DNA of 64,000 nt from Octopus vulgaris (GCA_951406725.2 OX597827.1:63674001-63738000), one strand, 5' to 3'; positions 1 through 13,416 are shown, counted from the first letter of the stretch. Notes: generated by a model not told the origin, from the letters alone. Made by a program: numbers and translations.

Positions 1-280
1 AGTGTCTCTCTGACTGGCTTCTGTGCTGGTGGCATGTAAAAAGCAACATCTGATTGTTGTCAATGCCAGCTCCTCTGGCACCTGTGCTAGTGGCACGTAG
101 ACAGCACCCACTACACTCTCGAATTGGTTGGCATTAGGAAGGGCATCCAGCTGTAGAAACACTGCCAGATCAGATTAGGGCTTGGTGCAGCCAGCTGGCT
201 ACCCAGACCACAGTCGAACTGTCCAACCCATGGCAGCATGGAAAACAGACTTTAAATGATGATGATGATGATGATGATGA
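1..280 (+). mobile_element. SINE family C, 3' part (GCACGTAAAA.GCACCC repeats, GGAAGGGCATCCAGC motif, (GAT)n tail)
   Basis: Matches the reverse complement of copies at 8029-8460, 13417-13618, 15993-16385, 58615-58775 and 63607-64000; ends in ttaaa(tga)n. Confidence 0.8.
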
Positions 281-344
281 TATATATATATTATAATGGA
301 ATAATTACTAGGAAGCATTGTGTAGACTATATTGTATGGAAGAT

Positions 345-582
345 CACGATCTTTTATACAATATAAAGCCAAAACAATGCGAAATAAATGCAACATAGAT
401 CACAAGAAAACAAATATATGAGTTAATGTAGACTTACCTTGTATTCAATATTGTGGGGTCAATTTCTTGAAAATGGGGTCATAACCCCAAAATATTGAAT
501 ACAAGGTCAGTCTACATTTGTTTTCTTGTGATTTACCTTGCATTTACTTTGCATTGTTTTGGCCTTATCCACGATCTTTTAT

Positions 583-590
<8 letters not shown>
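345..590 (+). mobile_element. Penelope/retrozyme-like fold-back remnant with a degenerate hammerhead at its centre
   Basis: About 90-bp imperfect inverted arms (363-459 / 484-568); direct repeat cacgatcttttatacaatata at 345-365 and 570-590; TTC-TTGAAAA-T-GGGGT cata ACCCC-AAAA-TATT-GAA at 464-499. Confidence 0.55.
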
Positions 591-638
<48 letters not shown>

Positions 639-1199
639 CGCATATATATATCTAAATATACACATGCATATATATGTTTGTGTATGTATATGTGTGTGTG
701 TATTTGTGTTACTTTGCCTTGACATCACATATCAATTGTAAATGAGTGCCACTGTTATACAGGTGGTGTCTTTCATTTCTAATATTCTTTTTGAATACAT
801 GTTTGGCCATGGAGAAATAATATCTTGCTTGGTAGCAGTGAGAATTGGTGACAGGAAGTGCATCCAGCCATAGAATATGTGCCTCAACAAACTCTGTCCT
901 CCCAGTACAAGCACAGAAAAGTGGACATTAAAATGACAATGACGATGGTGGTGATGATGATGAGGATGATGATAGATGTAGTGGGCTGAATAAATGTCAC
1001 TATACATATAATTGCATGTTACTTATGCTGTTGATTCCATCACTCAGAGTTATCAAAAATATTCAAGGCTGATTTGAACCTAAATTATAGAAGTTAGAAG
1101 CATCATATTGAACTCTATTAAGACATTTTGTTGCTTTTGCTAGTTTAACTATCAATTGTCTGTGTTAATCCATTGCTGTCTATGTATTTTCACCTTTAG

Positions 1200-1513
1200 C
1201 TGTGTTAATTACCTGTTTTCTTTTTTGTGTGTGTGTGTGTGTATGTAAACTTATCATCATTATTTGTGTCAAACAACTGTCATTGATGTTAACCCTCTCT
1301 CGTTTGCTCACTGTCATTTCTGTCATCCCATTGCTATTTGTGTCAAATTATGTTCGTGTTAGTTCACTGCCATGTCAATCAACATATAGTTACTCATGCA
1401 CCCTAACCGTCATTTCAGTCAATTCACTGTCATACGTATCCATCTACTCTTACATGTACAAGCTCACTATCATTTCTGTGAATTCAATGCCATGTATCCA
1501 TCTACTGTTATAT

Positions 1514-1561
<48 letters not shown>

Positions 1562-1810
1562 CAGTCCCCCCCCCCGTCATTTCTGTCAACATTTTATCAT
1601 GTGAGATAACACACAGTTACCTAACTGTCATTTCTGTCAGTTCAGTCCCATGGGTGTCCATCTATGTTTATATGTACTCACTCGCTGTCATATCTGTCAA
1701 TTTACTGCTAAATGTGTCAATGCACTGCCATTTACGTCAAATTATTATCTTTTGTGTTGACATTTTACCATGTGAATCAACACATGGTTATTTGTATCAG
1801 CTCACTGGTA
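1200..1810. repeat. Old degenerate minisatellite (ctcactgtcatttctgtcaattcactg..., roughly 60-bp units)
   Basis: The motif gtcatttctgtca recurs at about 1313, 1409, 1469, 1576, 1627 and 1687. Confidence 0.6.
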
Positions 1811-1813
1811 TCT

Positions 1814-1990
1814 TATTTCTTTATTGCCCACAAGGGGCTAAACAGGTTGACTTTGCCTTTCATCCTTTCGGGGTCGATAAATTAAGTACCAGTTATGCAC
1901 CGGGGTTCGATGTAATTGACTTAATCCCTTTGTCTGTCCTCGTTTGTCCCCTCTGTGTTTAGCCCCTTGTGGGCAATAAAGAATAAAATA
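1814..1990 (+). mobile_element. SINE family B, 5'-truncated, with an inverted copy of its own 3' end at the 5' junction
   Basis: 1814-1843 tatttctttattgcccacaaggggctaaaca is the reverse complement of the tail at about 1956-1985; the body has gcctttcatcctttcggggtcgataaattaagtaccag. Confidence 0.8.
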
Positions 1991-2329
1991 TTGCGAGGCC
2001 TAGTGCTGGTGTACTTAGTATGATGTGGGAGTAGTATACACTGTATGGTGTTACATACTGTTGTATGATGTGACCCAGGGTGGTATGCAGTGGCATGGCA
2101 TGCTGTGGTCTGGTATTGTAGGCAATGACATAACATGGTGTGGTATAAGAAAGTATGGTGCAGTATAGAGTGATATGAGCAAGACAGTAGATGAAGATAA
2201 TTCTAAATTTCTATGGAATTTGCAGGAAATATCATTTATTTATTTATTGACATATTTTAAAGTAAAGTCTCATTCGTTGATAATATTATTTTTGGTTCAA
2301 GAAAATCAGTTTCTTTCACTATATTTACA

Positions 2330-2478
2330 TCACTGTCTATCCGTCTGCCTACCTATCTGTCTGTCTGTCTATCAGTTTATTTGTATGCCTGCCTATCTAT
2401 CTTTCTATCTGTCTGTAATCTCTTTATCTATCTACTTATCTATCTCTATATACATTTATCTGTCTCTTATTCTTTTTC

Positions 2479-2523
<45 letters not shown>

Positions 2524-2722
2524 GTAGCTTCCTTTCTAATGCTCTGTCTTTATTATATCATTTTTCCCCGTTTCTTTCTCTCTTTGTTTTACTCCATTTC
2601 TCTCTCTCTCTCTCTCACTCTATATCTGTATGTATGTCTGTATGTATATGTGTGTGTGCATACATCCTTCTTTCTCGTTGTTTGCTTCTCTTTCTCTTCA
2701 GCTCTCCCCCCTCTTTCTCTCT

Positions 2723-2774
<52 letters not shown>

Positions 2775-3000
2775 GTAGCTGTCTTCTCTTTCCTCTGATT
2801 ATCTGCCTTATACTTTTTCCTTTCTAACTCAATTTCTCTGTTTACATGCATTTCAGTATACATTTCTTACTCTCTCTCTCTCTTTCTCTCTCTCTCTCCT
2901 CCTCCTCTCTCTCCTCCTCCTCTCTCTCTCTTTTTCTCTCTTTCTCCTCTTCCTCCTCTCTCTCTCACTCTCTCAATCCTTCTGTTTTTCTCTCTAACTC
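2330..3000. repeat. (CT)n / (TCTA)n pyrimidine-rich microsatellite cluster
   Basis: Long ctctct tracts seen directly. Confidence 0.9.
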
Positions 3001-3099
3001 AGTCATCATTATCGTTGTTTAATTAGTCATAAATTAGAGCTCGTTCGCTCATTCGTTTGTGAGTATATTCCAGTCTTTCGTTTGTTACTGCATTTAATT

Positions 3100-5160
3100 A
3101 TTTCCTTCCATTTCCTTTGATCTTTCTTTCATTCATTCATTTCATTCATTCATTTTACTGCTCCTTCATTTGTTTTTTTTTATTTCTTCATTCATTTTAT
3201 TCTTTTCATTCAGTGATTCATTCATTTATTCTCCCAGAAAAATCATTCAGAACTTTATTCATTCTTACAATCAATCATTTAGCTTTTGTTTGTAAGTTTT
3301 TTCATTCACTCATTCATTTTCTTAATTTCTTCTCCTTTCATTATTTTCATTTATTACTTCATGTAATTATTTCCTTCTATTACCTTTGATCTTTCATTCA
3401 TTCAGTTCATTCATATTGCTGCTCCTTCATTTAATTTTTTTTACTTCTTAATCCACATAATTCCTTTCTTTCATTGGTTCATTCATTTTTTTCTTCCAGT
3501 TTATAATTCATTTTTTCTTCCAGTTTATCATTCATTCTTACAATTATTTATCTTTTGTTCATGAGTTTAGTTCATTCATTTTTAAATGTTTCCTTCTTTC
3601 ATTTATTTAGTTCTCCATTTCATTCTCATAGATTTCTTCAATTAGTCATTTTTTCATGTAGCTGTCTTGTCACTTATTCAATTTATTTCTTTTTCATTCA
3701 GTTACTCATTTTCATTGATCCATTCATGAATTCAGCTCATTCATTTATTGACTATTTCCTTCCTTCTTTCAATTATCTTGTGACCTTCTCATTACTTAAT
3801 CACACTACTTTTATTTTTATTCATTTATTCATTCTGTTTTTCATTCATTTCTGTTCTCTCTTTCACATTTATGAAATTATTTCACTCATTCACTCATCCG
3901 TTGATCATTTCATTCATTCATTCATTCATTCATATATTGACTAACAAATTCATTCATCTATTGAATGTTTCATTCATCCATTCATCTAATAATTATTTCA
4001 TTCATTCATTTATTGGTTAATTAATTCATTCATTAATTTATTGATTATTTCATTCAGTCACATTTTCATTTATATACTGAGTAATTCAGTCAGTTATTAA
4101 TTGATAATTATCATTCATTCCTTTATCTATTAATTATCTATTTATGCTCCAGCATGACCACAGTCACAGGGCTGAAACAAATAAAAGAATAAAAGAATTT
4201 ATTGATTATTTCACTCATTCCTCTATTGAATATTATCATTCATTCATCTATCTTTTAATAATTTCATTCATTTATCGATTATTTCATTCTGTTAATTTAT
4301 CTCATTGTTTCCTTCATTCATCAGTCAATTATTTCATTCACTCATTCCTCTATTGAATATTATCATTCATTCATCTATCTTTTAATAATTTCATTCATTT
4401 ATCGATTATTTCATTCTGTTAATTTATCTCATTGTTTCCTTCATTCATCAGTCAATTATTTCATTCACTCATTCCTCTATTGAATATTATCATTCATTCA
4501 TCTATCTTTTAATAATTTCATTCATTTATCGATTATTTCATTCTGTTAATTTATCTCGTTATTGTTTCCTTCATTCATCAGTCAATTATTTCATTCACTC
4601 ATTCCTCTATTGAATATTATCATTCATTCATCTATCTTTTAATAATTTCATTCATTTATCAATTATTTCATTCTGTTCATTTATCTCGTTATTGTTTCCT
4701 TCATTCATCAGTCAATTATTTCATTCACTCATTCCTCTATTGAATATTATCATTCATTCATCTATCTTTTAATAATTTCATTCATTTATCAATTATTTCA
4801 TTCTGTTCATTTATCTCGTTATTGTTTCCTTCATTCATCAGTGAATTATTTCATTCATTCATTCATTCATCTATTGATTATTATCATTCATTCATTTATC
4901 TATTGATAATTTCATTCAATTTTTTCATGTTTTCATTCATTCATCTTGTGATTACATCATTTCATTCATCTATTCATTATTTAATTCTTTCATCTATTTA
5001 TTATTTTATCCATTCGTTATTATCAATCTTTCTTTCACCTATATATTTGTCCATTTATTGCTATTTTTCATTCAATTTTCTTTCTTTTTGGGTTTATCCA
5101 CTAATTTGGAGATTTTTCATTCCTTCTTCATTTGGAGATTCATTCATTCCTTCTTCTAAT
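3100..5160. repeat. Degenerate (TTCA)n-rich low-complexity domain
   Basis: ttcattca motifs throughout about 2 kb. Confidence 0.85.
4212..4860. repeat. Tandem repeat of 5 near-identical 127-130-bp units
   Basis: Unit starts (cactcattcctctattg) at 4212, 4339, 4466, 4596 and 4726. Confidence 0.9.
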
Positions 5161-5204
5161 CTCATGTCTCACAGTTTTGGTACTGAAGTACCAAAATCTG
5201 TGAC

Positions 5205-5600
5205 ATCATCATCATCATCGTCATCATCATCATTTAACGTTCATTTTCCATGCTGGCACGGGTTGAACGGTTTGACTGGAGCTGGTCAGCAGGAGAGGAG
5301 CAGCACTCGGCTCCAATTGTCCGTTTTGGCATGGTCTCTACGCTTGGATGCCCTTCATAATGCCAACTACTTTACAGATCGGACTGGGTGCCTTTTGCAT
5401 GATAGTGGCACAGGTGCTTTATATGTGGCACCGACATGGGTGCTTCATACATGGCACTGGCACGAGTGCTTTTTATGCAGCACTGGCACGTGTGATTTCT
5501 TCAGGGCACCAGATCAAGTACTTTTTTACACGGCACTAGCACAGGTGTTCTTACGTGGCACCAGCACAGGTGCATTCCACATGACATTGGCACTGTTACA
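5205..5600 (-). mobile_element. SINE family C, diverged copy with internal ~25-bp ggcac..gcac repeats
   Basis: (cat)n-ttaacgttcattttccatgctggca...ggatgcccttcataatgccaac. Confidence 0.7.
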
Positions 5601-5615
5601 TTTTATCTATCCATT

Positions 5616-6305
5616 CATCCATCCATCCATCCATCTTCTCTGCCCACTATCCCTTGGCAGATTGCGGAGGTAGAGTCCTCAGGCACCTCTTCTGTATGGT
5701 TCTACCAGAAGCTAACATCATTACATTTTCCAATTAGATTTCCCAAGCATGAACAGTTGAGACTATGGATATTGTCTGACCATCTAATTCTTGGTCTAGT
5801 GGAGGCGCAATGGCCCAGTGGTTAGGGCAGCAGACTCACGGTCATGGGATCGCGGTTTCGATTCCCAGACCAGGCGTTGTGAGTGTTTGTTGAGCGAAAA
5901 CACCTAAAGCTCCACGAGGCTCCGGCAGGGGATGATGGTGATCCCTGCTGTACTCTTTCACCACAACTTTCTCTCACACTTACTTCCTGTTTCTGTTATA
6001 CCTGTATTTCAAAGGGCCGGCCTTGTCACTCTCTGTGTCACGCTGAATATCCCCGAGAACTACATTAAGGGTACACGTATCTGTGGAGTGCTCAGCCACT
6101 TACACGTTAATTTCATGAGCAGGCTGTTCCGTTGATTTGGATCAACCAGAACCCTCGTCGTCGTAACCGACGGAGTGCTTCCATAATTCTTGGTCTACCC
6201 CTAGGTCTCCTACTTTTTGGCTTGACTTGAACAATCCAGCTTGCGATTATTTACTGCAGTATTCTCATCATATGTCTGTAGAACCAAAGTTGTGACTTCC
6301 CAATA
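5616..6305 (-). pseudogene. RTE-clade (Expander/Rex3-like) LINE 3' end, decayed and interrupted by a SINE
   Basis: Minus strand reads IGKSQLWFYRHMMR...KSRRPRGRPRIRWSDNI once the SINE is removed; ends in a (GATG)n tail typical of this group. Confidence 0.75.
5799..6183 (+). mobile_element. Full-length tRNA-derived SINE family D (tRNA-Arg-like head, probably octopus OR-type) with 14-bp TSD
   Basis: A box TGGCCCAGTGG, B box GTTTCGATTCC; TSD taattcttggtcta at 5785-5798 and 6184-6197. Confidence 0.9.
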
Positions 6306-7378
6306 TTTTCAATATTTTATATTAAGTTTGTCCACTTTCATTCAGAACTTTTCGAATACTTTTTGTTATTCCTTTAAATCAATCAAAAATATAGAAATAG
6401 TATGTTTCTAAATCACTCAGAGAGATTTATGCAGTAGTGATACAATAAAGTAGTTATATGCTATCAACTTAATGTAACAGTCCCATGAAGGGAATAATAC
6501 TACTGCTATTTAGCCCTAGGAAGCAGCAACACTTCCTGTCAGCCTTGACACATTTCCTGTGTCCTTATGTTTACAAGGGGGAGATAAGCACTCCCACCCA
6601 GCTAAGAGACTAGTTTCTGAGCCATTGCTTGTCTTCAGTCTGGAGTAGCATGGCTTGCTAATTTTTTTAAATGTATAAAATTTTGGTTATCTATATAGCT
6701 ATACTTGCATTAGCATCATTATATAAAGACTTTTTGTTACTTCATTTCTTTCCTTATTCCATTCTCACATTTATTATTTACAATCAATTACTTTTTTTAT
6801 TCAGATATTTTTTATCATTTTTCATGGGGTTCTTTGTCTATTAATATTTCAAATTCTTCATCCATTCATTCATTAATTATCTTGTAACTCTTTCATTTAT
6901 TGAATATTACATTCCTTCATTCACTTTCTATTTCATTCATATGCTTGGAATTCTATGATTTCAAATATCTAATTATTCTCTTAATTGTTTAATTAATTTT
7001 TTTATCAATTACTTCAGTCAGTTACTGAAATTCCTTCATTTGTCATTTTCATTCTTTTCTTTTATTCTCTCAGTCAGTCAATGGAGTTAGTTTGTTTATG
7101 TCCCCATAGCATAGCGGTTCAGTAAAAGAGAATCCTAGTATAAGTACATAAGTGCATAATATTATAAGTCGATTTGTTCAACTAAATGCTTCAAAGTAGT
7201 GCCCCAGCATGGCCACAGTCCAATGACTGAAACATGTATGAGATATAAGATAGTCTATGACTTTCTTCTCAAAAAAATTATACCCCATAGACCTCTCTGC
7301 AAAATTTCTGCTATCTGAATGCAAAAAACTGTGCCCTACAAACCAGAACATACATGCTTTCATACGTACCTACATATA

Positions 7379-8022
7379 TGAGGGCGTACTGAAATGTTCC
7401 TGGCTTTGGGTAAAAGAAAATACAGGAGGATCAGTTTTAATTATGATTTTATTCAATATATAGGCGCAGGAGTGGCTGTGTGGTAAGTAGCTTGCCTACC
7501 AACCACAGAGTTCCGGGTTCAGTTCCACTGCATGGCACCTTGGGCAAGTGTCTTCTACTATAGCCTCGGGCCAACCAAAGCCTTGTGAGTGGATTTGGTA
7601 GACGAAAACTGAAAGAAGCCCGTCATATATATGTATATATATAGATATATGTGTGCGTGTATGTTTGTGTGTCTGTGTCTGTCCCCCTAGCATTGCTTGA
7701 CAACCGATGCTAGTGTGCTTATGTCCCCGTCACTTAGTGGTTCGTCAAAAAGAGACCGATAGAATAAGTACTGGGCTTACAAAGAATAAGTCCCGGGGTC
7801 GAGTTGCTCGACTAAAGGCGGTGCTCCAGCATGGCCGCAGTCAAATGACTGAAACAAGTAAAAGAGTAAAAGAGTAATAGTAATATTCCCCTTTCAGATT
7901 CACACACTTATTGCAGCGGTCCTTCAGTTTTTGTAAGGTTTCTAAAAGAACTCAGAAGGTTGGGCCTCCAACCAGGCCTTTCATGACACCCTTAAGGCAA
8001 AGAACTTTTCAGTACCACCTTG
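7379..8022. mobile_element. Mariner-derived non-autonomous element carrying a nested SINE A
   Basis: Imperfect TIRs tgagggcgtactgaaatgttc / gaacttttcagtaccaccttg; TA at the left end. Confidence 0.65.
7463..7877 (+). mobile_element. SINE family A, full length (pol III head, ccttgggcaagt core, internal TA/TG tract, (aagagta)n tail)
   Basis: A box TGGCTGTGTGG, B box GGTTCAGTTCC; more than 15 related copies in the window. Confidence 0.9.
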
Positions 8023-8028
8023 AATATA

Positions 8029-8460
8029 TCATCATCATCATCATCGTTTGACATCCGCTTTCCTTGCTGGCATGGGTTGAACGGTTTGACTGAGGACTGG
8101 TGAGCCAAAGGCTGCACCAGGTTCCAATCTGATCTGGCAGAGTTTCTACTACTGCTGGATGCCCATCCTAACGCCAACCACTCCAAGGGTGTAGTGGGTG
8201 CTTTTTACATGTCACCGGCATGAGGGCCAGTCAGGCGGTTCTGGTGACAACCATGCTCAAAAGGTGTTTTTACATGCTACCTCCACGGGAGCCAATCTGG
8301 CAGCACTGGCAACAATCATGCTCGACTGTTGCTTTTCACGTGCCAGTAAAGCGACACTGGCAACGATCACGCTCAAATGGTGCTTTTCATGTGTCACCGG
8401 CACGGGAGCCAATCCATGGCTCTGGCAATTATCACACTTGGATGTGCTCTTAATGATCCA
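8029..8460 (-). mobile_element. SINE family C
   Basis: (cat)n tail, ggatgcccatcctaacgccaacc, internal tandem subrepeats. Confidence 0.8.
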
Positions 8461-8461
8461 C

Positions 8462-8673
8462 TGGTGGTGGTGTTGATGTTGGTGGCAACGGTGGTGGCGA
8501 CAGTGGTGGTGGTGTTGATGGTGGTGGCGACGGAGGTGGTGACAGTAGTGATGATGATGATGGTGATAGTGATGGTGATGGTGATGATGGTGATAGTGAT
8601 GGTGATGATGATGGTGATGGTGATGGTGATGATGATGATGATGATGATGGTGATGATGGCAATGATGATGATG
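8462..8673. repeat. (GGT/GAT)n trinucleotide tract
   Basis: Seen directly. Confidence 0.9.
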
Positions 8674-9917
8674 AAGCTTGTTATTTCATTCCTGTCTCAA
8701 AACAATTTCTGGTTTGGGGATTTGTTTATCCTTTCATTTACATTAACTTTCACATTCAATAAAACTCCTCGTTCGTTCATTCATTAATTCATTCATGAAA
8801 TTCTGCTATTCCTACATTTAATAAATCTATAGCTATTCCAGTCTTACCATGTATTCATTCTCTTTCACCAAAGTTTTGTTCATTCATTTGTTCTGTTTAT
8901 TGATTTCATTATTCACAAATTTTAGTGTTTTTTTTTTTTGTTTTTTTTTTATCAATTTATCATTCTTTCATTCTTTCATTCTCGAAAATATTGATTCTTT
9001 CATTCATTTTATCATTCCTGAATTCTCTAATTCCGCCATTCCTTCCAGCAATTCATTGAATCTCTATGCTAATTATTTACTCTATTATTTCATCTGCATC
9101 ACTCTCTTTTAACTTGTTCGTTTATTTATTCTGCTTTATTTGTGTCTTCATTTAATCCCATCCAACCTTCAGTGTTGTTGTTCTGTTCACATAGACAAGA
9201 CTAGAAAAGAGCTGTTTCATAGAAAATTTATACAGATAACTGGAGAAAGCATACATAGGCAGACACATAGCTGTGTGGTTAAGAAGCTTTCTTTGCAATC
9301 ACATGGTTTTAGGTTCAGTTTCAATGCAGGGTACTCTGGGCAAATGTTTTCTCTTATAGCCCCGAAGCTGACTAGAACCTTGTAACTAAAATTTGTAGAT
9401 GAAAACTGAAAGAACCCCATCATATAGATGTGTGTGTGTGTGTGTGTATGTGTCTCCTTCTCTTGATGTTGTGGGATAGTTGTAAATGAATGTCCCTGTC
9501 ATACAAGTGGTGTCACTAATTTTCACTATTCCTCAAAAATATATATCTGGACATGGTGAAATATTACCTTGCTTGGAAACAGGTGAGAATTGGTGATAGG
9601 AACCAGAGAAATTGGCTATGGAAAATCATCTGTCTTATTAAACTTATTAAAACATCCTATATGCAGCGTGGAGAAGTGGCCATTAAAACAACAACACCGA
9701 CACCGACAGTGACGATATATGTTGATATTATTGTCATATATGGGGGCACCAAAATCTTCTAAGTCCATAGGGCTTCTTTGGGTCTTAATCCGGCTCTGCC
9801 TACCAGCATTACATCACATGCCATCAAAGAAGGGTATGAAATATTTTGGCACAGCCCTTTTGGTGCTCCATATTTTGGCATCCCTGTTTCAGCTCTGACT
9901 TATTTGACATCAGAATG

Positions 9918-10134
9918 GGGACATGTGACTTAGTGGTTAGCATATTTGACTCATGATAGTAAGGTTTTGAGAGTTTGATTACTGGTAGTGTGTTATGTCC
10001 TTGAGCAAGGCACTTTATTTCACATTACTCCAGTCAACTAAGCTGGCAAAAATAAGTAGTACCTGTAATTCAAAGAACCAGCTTTGTCATATTCTGTTTC
10101 TGTATCATGCTGAATCTCCCTGAGAACTACATTA
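9918..10134 (+). mobile_element. Diverged CORE-like SINE (family E head) with a family D-type tail
   Basis: gtccttgagcaaggcactttatttcacattactccag core; tail similar to 6000-6070. Confidence 0.6.
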
Positions 10135-10661
10135 ACTCTTTAGCGTTTAAACTGGTCATATCTGGCACAAATATCTATTTCTTTACTACCCACAAGGGGC
10201 TAAACATGTCCTACATGTCTTACATTCAAACAGGCCATATCTGGCACAAATATCCTACATGTTTTACATTCAATCTGGCCCAAATATCCTACATGTTTTA
10301 CATTCAAACTGGCCATATCTGGCCCAAATATCCTACATGTTTTACATTCAAACTGGCCACATCTAGCCCAAATATCCTACATGTCTTACATTCAAACAGG
10401 CCATATCTGGCACAAATATCCTACATGTTTTACATTCAATCTGGCCCAAATATCCTACATGTTTTACATTCAAACTGGCCATATCTGGCCCAAATATCCT
10501 ACATGTTTTACATTCAAACTGGCCACATCTAGCCCAAATATCCTACATGTTTTACATTCAAACTGGTAATATCTGGCCCAAATATCCTACATGTCTTACA
10601 TTCAAACTGGCCATATCTGGCCCAAATATCCTACATGTTTTACATTCAAACTGGCCATATC
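10132..10661 (+). repeat. 44-bp minisatellite with 166-bp higher-order repeat, following a piggyBac-like TTAA terminus
   Basis: Unit ttcaaactggccatatctggcccaaatatcctacatgttttaca; the 4-monomer block starts at 10215 and 10381; begins ttaactctttagc. Confidence 0.8.
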
Positions 10662-10700
10662 TTGTTCCTGTCATAAAAAGGATTATTTATAGCTTTATAT

Positions 10701-10950
10701 GTGGAGCTTAGTGGTTAGGGTGTCAGCATCATGATCATAAGATTGTGGTTTTGATACCTGGACTGGGTGACGCATTGTATTCTTGAGCAAAACACTTCAT
10801 TTCACGTTGCTCCAGTCCACTCAGCTGGCAAAAATGAGTAACGCTGTAATGGGTGTCCCATCTAGCTGGGGAACACATACGCCATTGAAACTGGGAAACC
10901 GGGCCCATGAACCTGGCTAGGCTTTAAAATGGCACATTTATTTTATTTAT
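10701..10950 (+). mobile_element. CORE-like tRNA SINE family E
   Basis: tRNA-like head, ttcttgagcaaaacacttcatttcacgttgctccag core; tail shared with about 45500-45610. Confidence 0.75.
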
Positions 10951-11059
10951 TATAGCTTTATATATCTACTTTGAGATTCAGTTCCATCAAAAAGAATTTC
11001 ATGTTCCTTTGAAATATGCTGTCAGAAAGGAACGAATCCTTGAGCAGGTAAAAATATGA

Positions 11060-11300
11060 AAGCCTGCCACAGCTCCCTCAAACTGGTCTTCAGAGCATAG
11101 TTGACCATGGGGTGATCGAGAGGCAGACAAAAAATTCTGGTCTGACAGCATCAAGGACTGGGCAGGTCACAACACAAGCGAACCTGATATGCATGACAGA
11201 GCATAGAGACCAGTGGCGATGGGTGACTAGGAAAGTGTCTATAATGGCACCCCAAAAACTTGCTGCATCATTTGAGGGATCTTGATGATGATGTTGATTA
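11060..11300 (+). pseudogene. RTE-clade LINE 3' end remnant
   Basis: Reads RGRQ.../FWSDSIKDWAG.../MTEHRDQWRWVTRKVSIMAPQ with frameshifts, then a (gat)n-like tail. Confidence 0.6.
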
Positions 11301-11758
11301 TGACAACAACATAATAATACTTGTTGCTAATTTAGGTACAAGGCTGAGAATTGCAAGCGGAGGCAGGTACTCTATACAATCAATTCCAGTACTTTAATTG
11401 AGTACTTTATGTTACTGATCTGAAAAGACTGAATGGTGAAGTTGACCGTTACAAGGTTTGAACTCAGAATGTAAAGAACCATAATTATGTACTGCAAAGC
11501 ATTTTGTCCAACATTTTAATGACTATGCCAGTCCAGCAATCTCAGAAATAATGAGACAAACTCTTTTACTCTTTCATTTGTTTCTGTCATTTCACTGTGG
11601 CCATGCTGGAGCACCACCTTGAAGGGTTTCAGTCGCACTAATCGGCCCAAGCGCTTATTCTTTTAAGCCTAGTACTTATTTTATTGGTCTCTTTCACTGG
11701 GCTGCTAAGTTACAGGGATGTAAACACACCAATACCAGTTGTCAAGCAGAGACATAAA

Positions 11759-11797
<39 letters not shown>

Positions 11798-12006
11798 GTG
11801 TGTGTGTGTTTGTATGCACATATAAGTATATACATATATATGCATACACATGTGTAAGAGTATGTGTGGATATGGACATGGGTGTATATGCAAATATATC
11901 TATATCTATCTATATATATATATGTAAATGTCAGTAGCACTGTCCTGTATAGGATGCCACACTTGGTTGGCAATTATATGTTTTATATATCTATATATAT
12001 ATATAT

Positions 12007-12041
<35 letters not shown>

Positions 12042-12413
12042 TATACATACATACATGTGTGTGTGTGTGTGTGTGTGTTTGTATCGACAAAAAGATGTTC
12101 AATGAATCAGTACGCTGAGCAAAAATCTTCTAATGTTTAATCAAATGAATTATATCCCATGGGAGGACTTTACTCGTTTGATAAGTACAGATGAGATTGA
12201 TAAAATTAGTAGATGATAAGCACACTAGTGGGCGGGTGATTGGTGATAAAAAAAAAATTTTTTAAGAAACTAACAAGCCCTTGATGTCAGCAGCGTCTGA
12301 GAATGGCTGTAGGCCAACAGATAAAACCAGAAAAGGAAAAACGAAGTGAATGAGGATAGATCTACTCACATGTACAAACACAATCTCAACAGTTTATACA
12401 TACATACATACAC

Positions 12414-12984
<571 letters not shown>

Positions 12985-13174
12985 GTATTTCTGTATGTAT
13001 ACACAATACACTTTATAGAGAGTGTATGTACAGTGAGCATGAGCAAGTGGCAGTCTGGTTATGTTGTGGTTAAGAAGTTTGTTTTCCAACCTTATGGTCT
13101 TGAGTTCACCTCCACTATGTGACACCTTGGGTACACTGTGGGACTGAACTCTGTATATACATACATGCACACAC

Positions 13175-13375
13175 ACACGTGACCGCGTGTGTATTGCTGG
13201 CGATTTTTTCCTCCGTCTTCCCTTCCTTGGATCTTTCCTTTTCCTATGTTTCTGACAAAGAGCTCTGCTCAAAACGTTAAATCCTCTTTCTTTCTTTCCT
13301 TTCCTGAGTGTCCAATAACACTATACTTGTTCCATGTCCTTGCGTTGTTGTGTTTTTATGTTTGGATTAACTATA
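13175..13375 (+). mobile_element. ~200-bp hammerhead-bearing Penelope-like repeat (family H1), core decayed
   Basis: GTTT CTGACAA A GAGC tct GCTC AAAA CGTT AAAT at 13248-13282; homologous to 51950-52165. Confidence 0.65.
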
Positions 13376-13384
13376 TATATATAT

Positions 13385-13416
<32 letters not shown>

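Noticed and set aside
5801-5880. tRNA gene (also 45303 and 17438)
   Set aside because: A/B boxes continue into a SINE body and tail with TSDs, and no complete cloverleaf forms.
10107-10661. CRISPR-like array or repeat protein
   Set aside because: Contiguous tandem units without unique spacers, no cas genes, and eukaryotic context.
12225-12250. GC box plus ATTGG (CCAAT) motif as a promoter
   Set aside because: Short motifs expected by chance, with no associated gene evidence.
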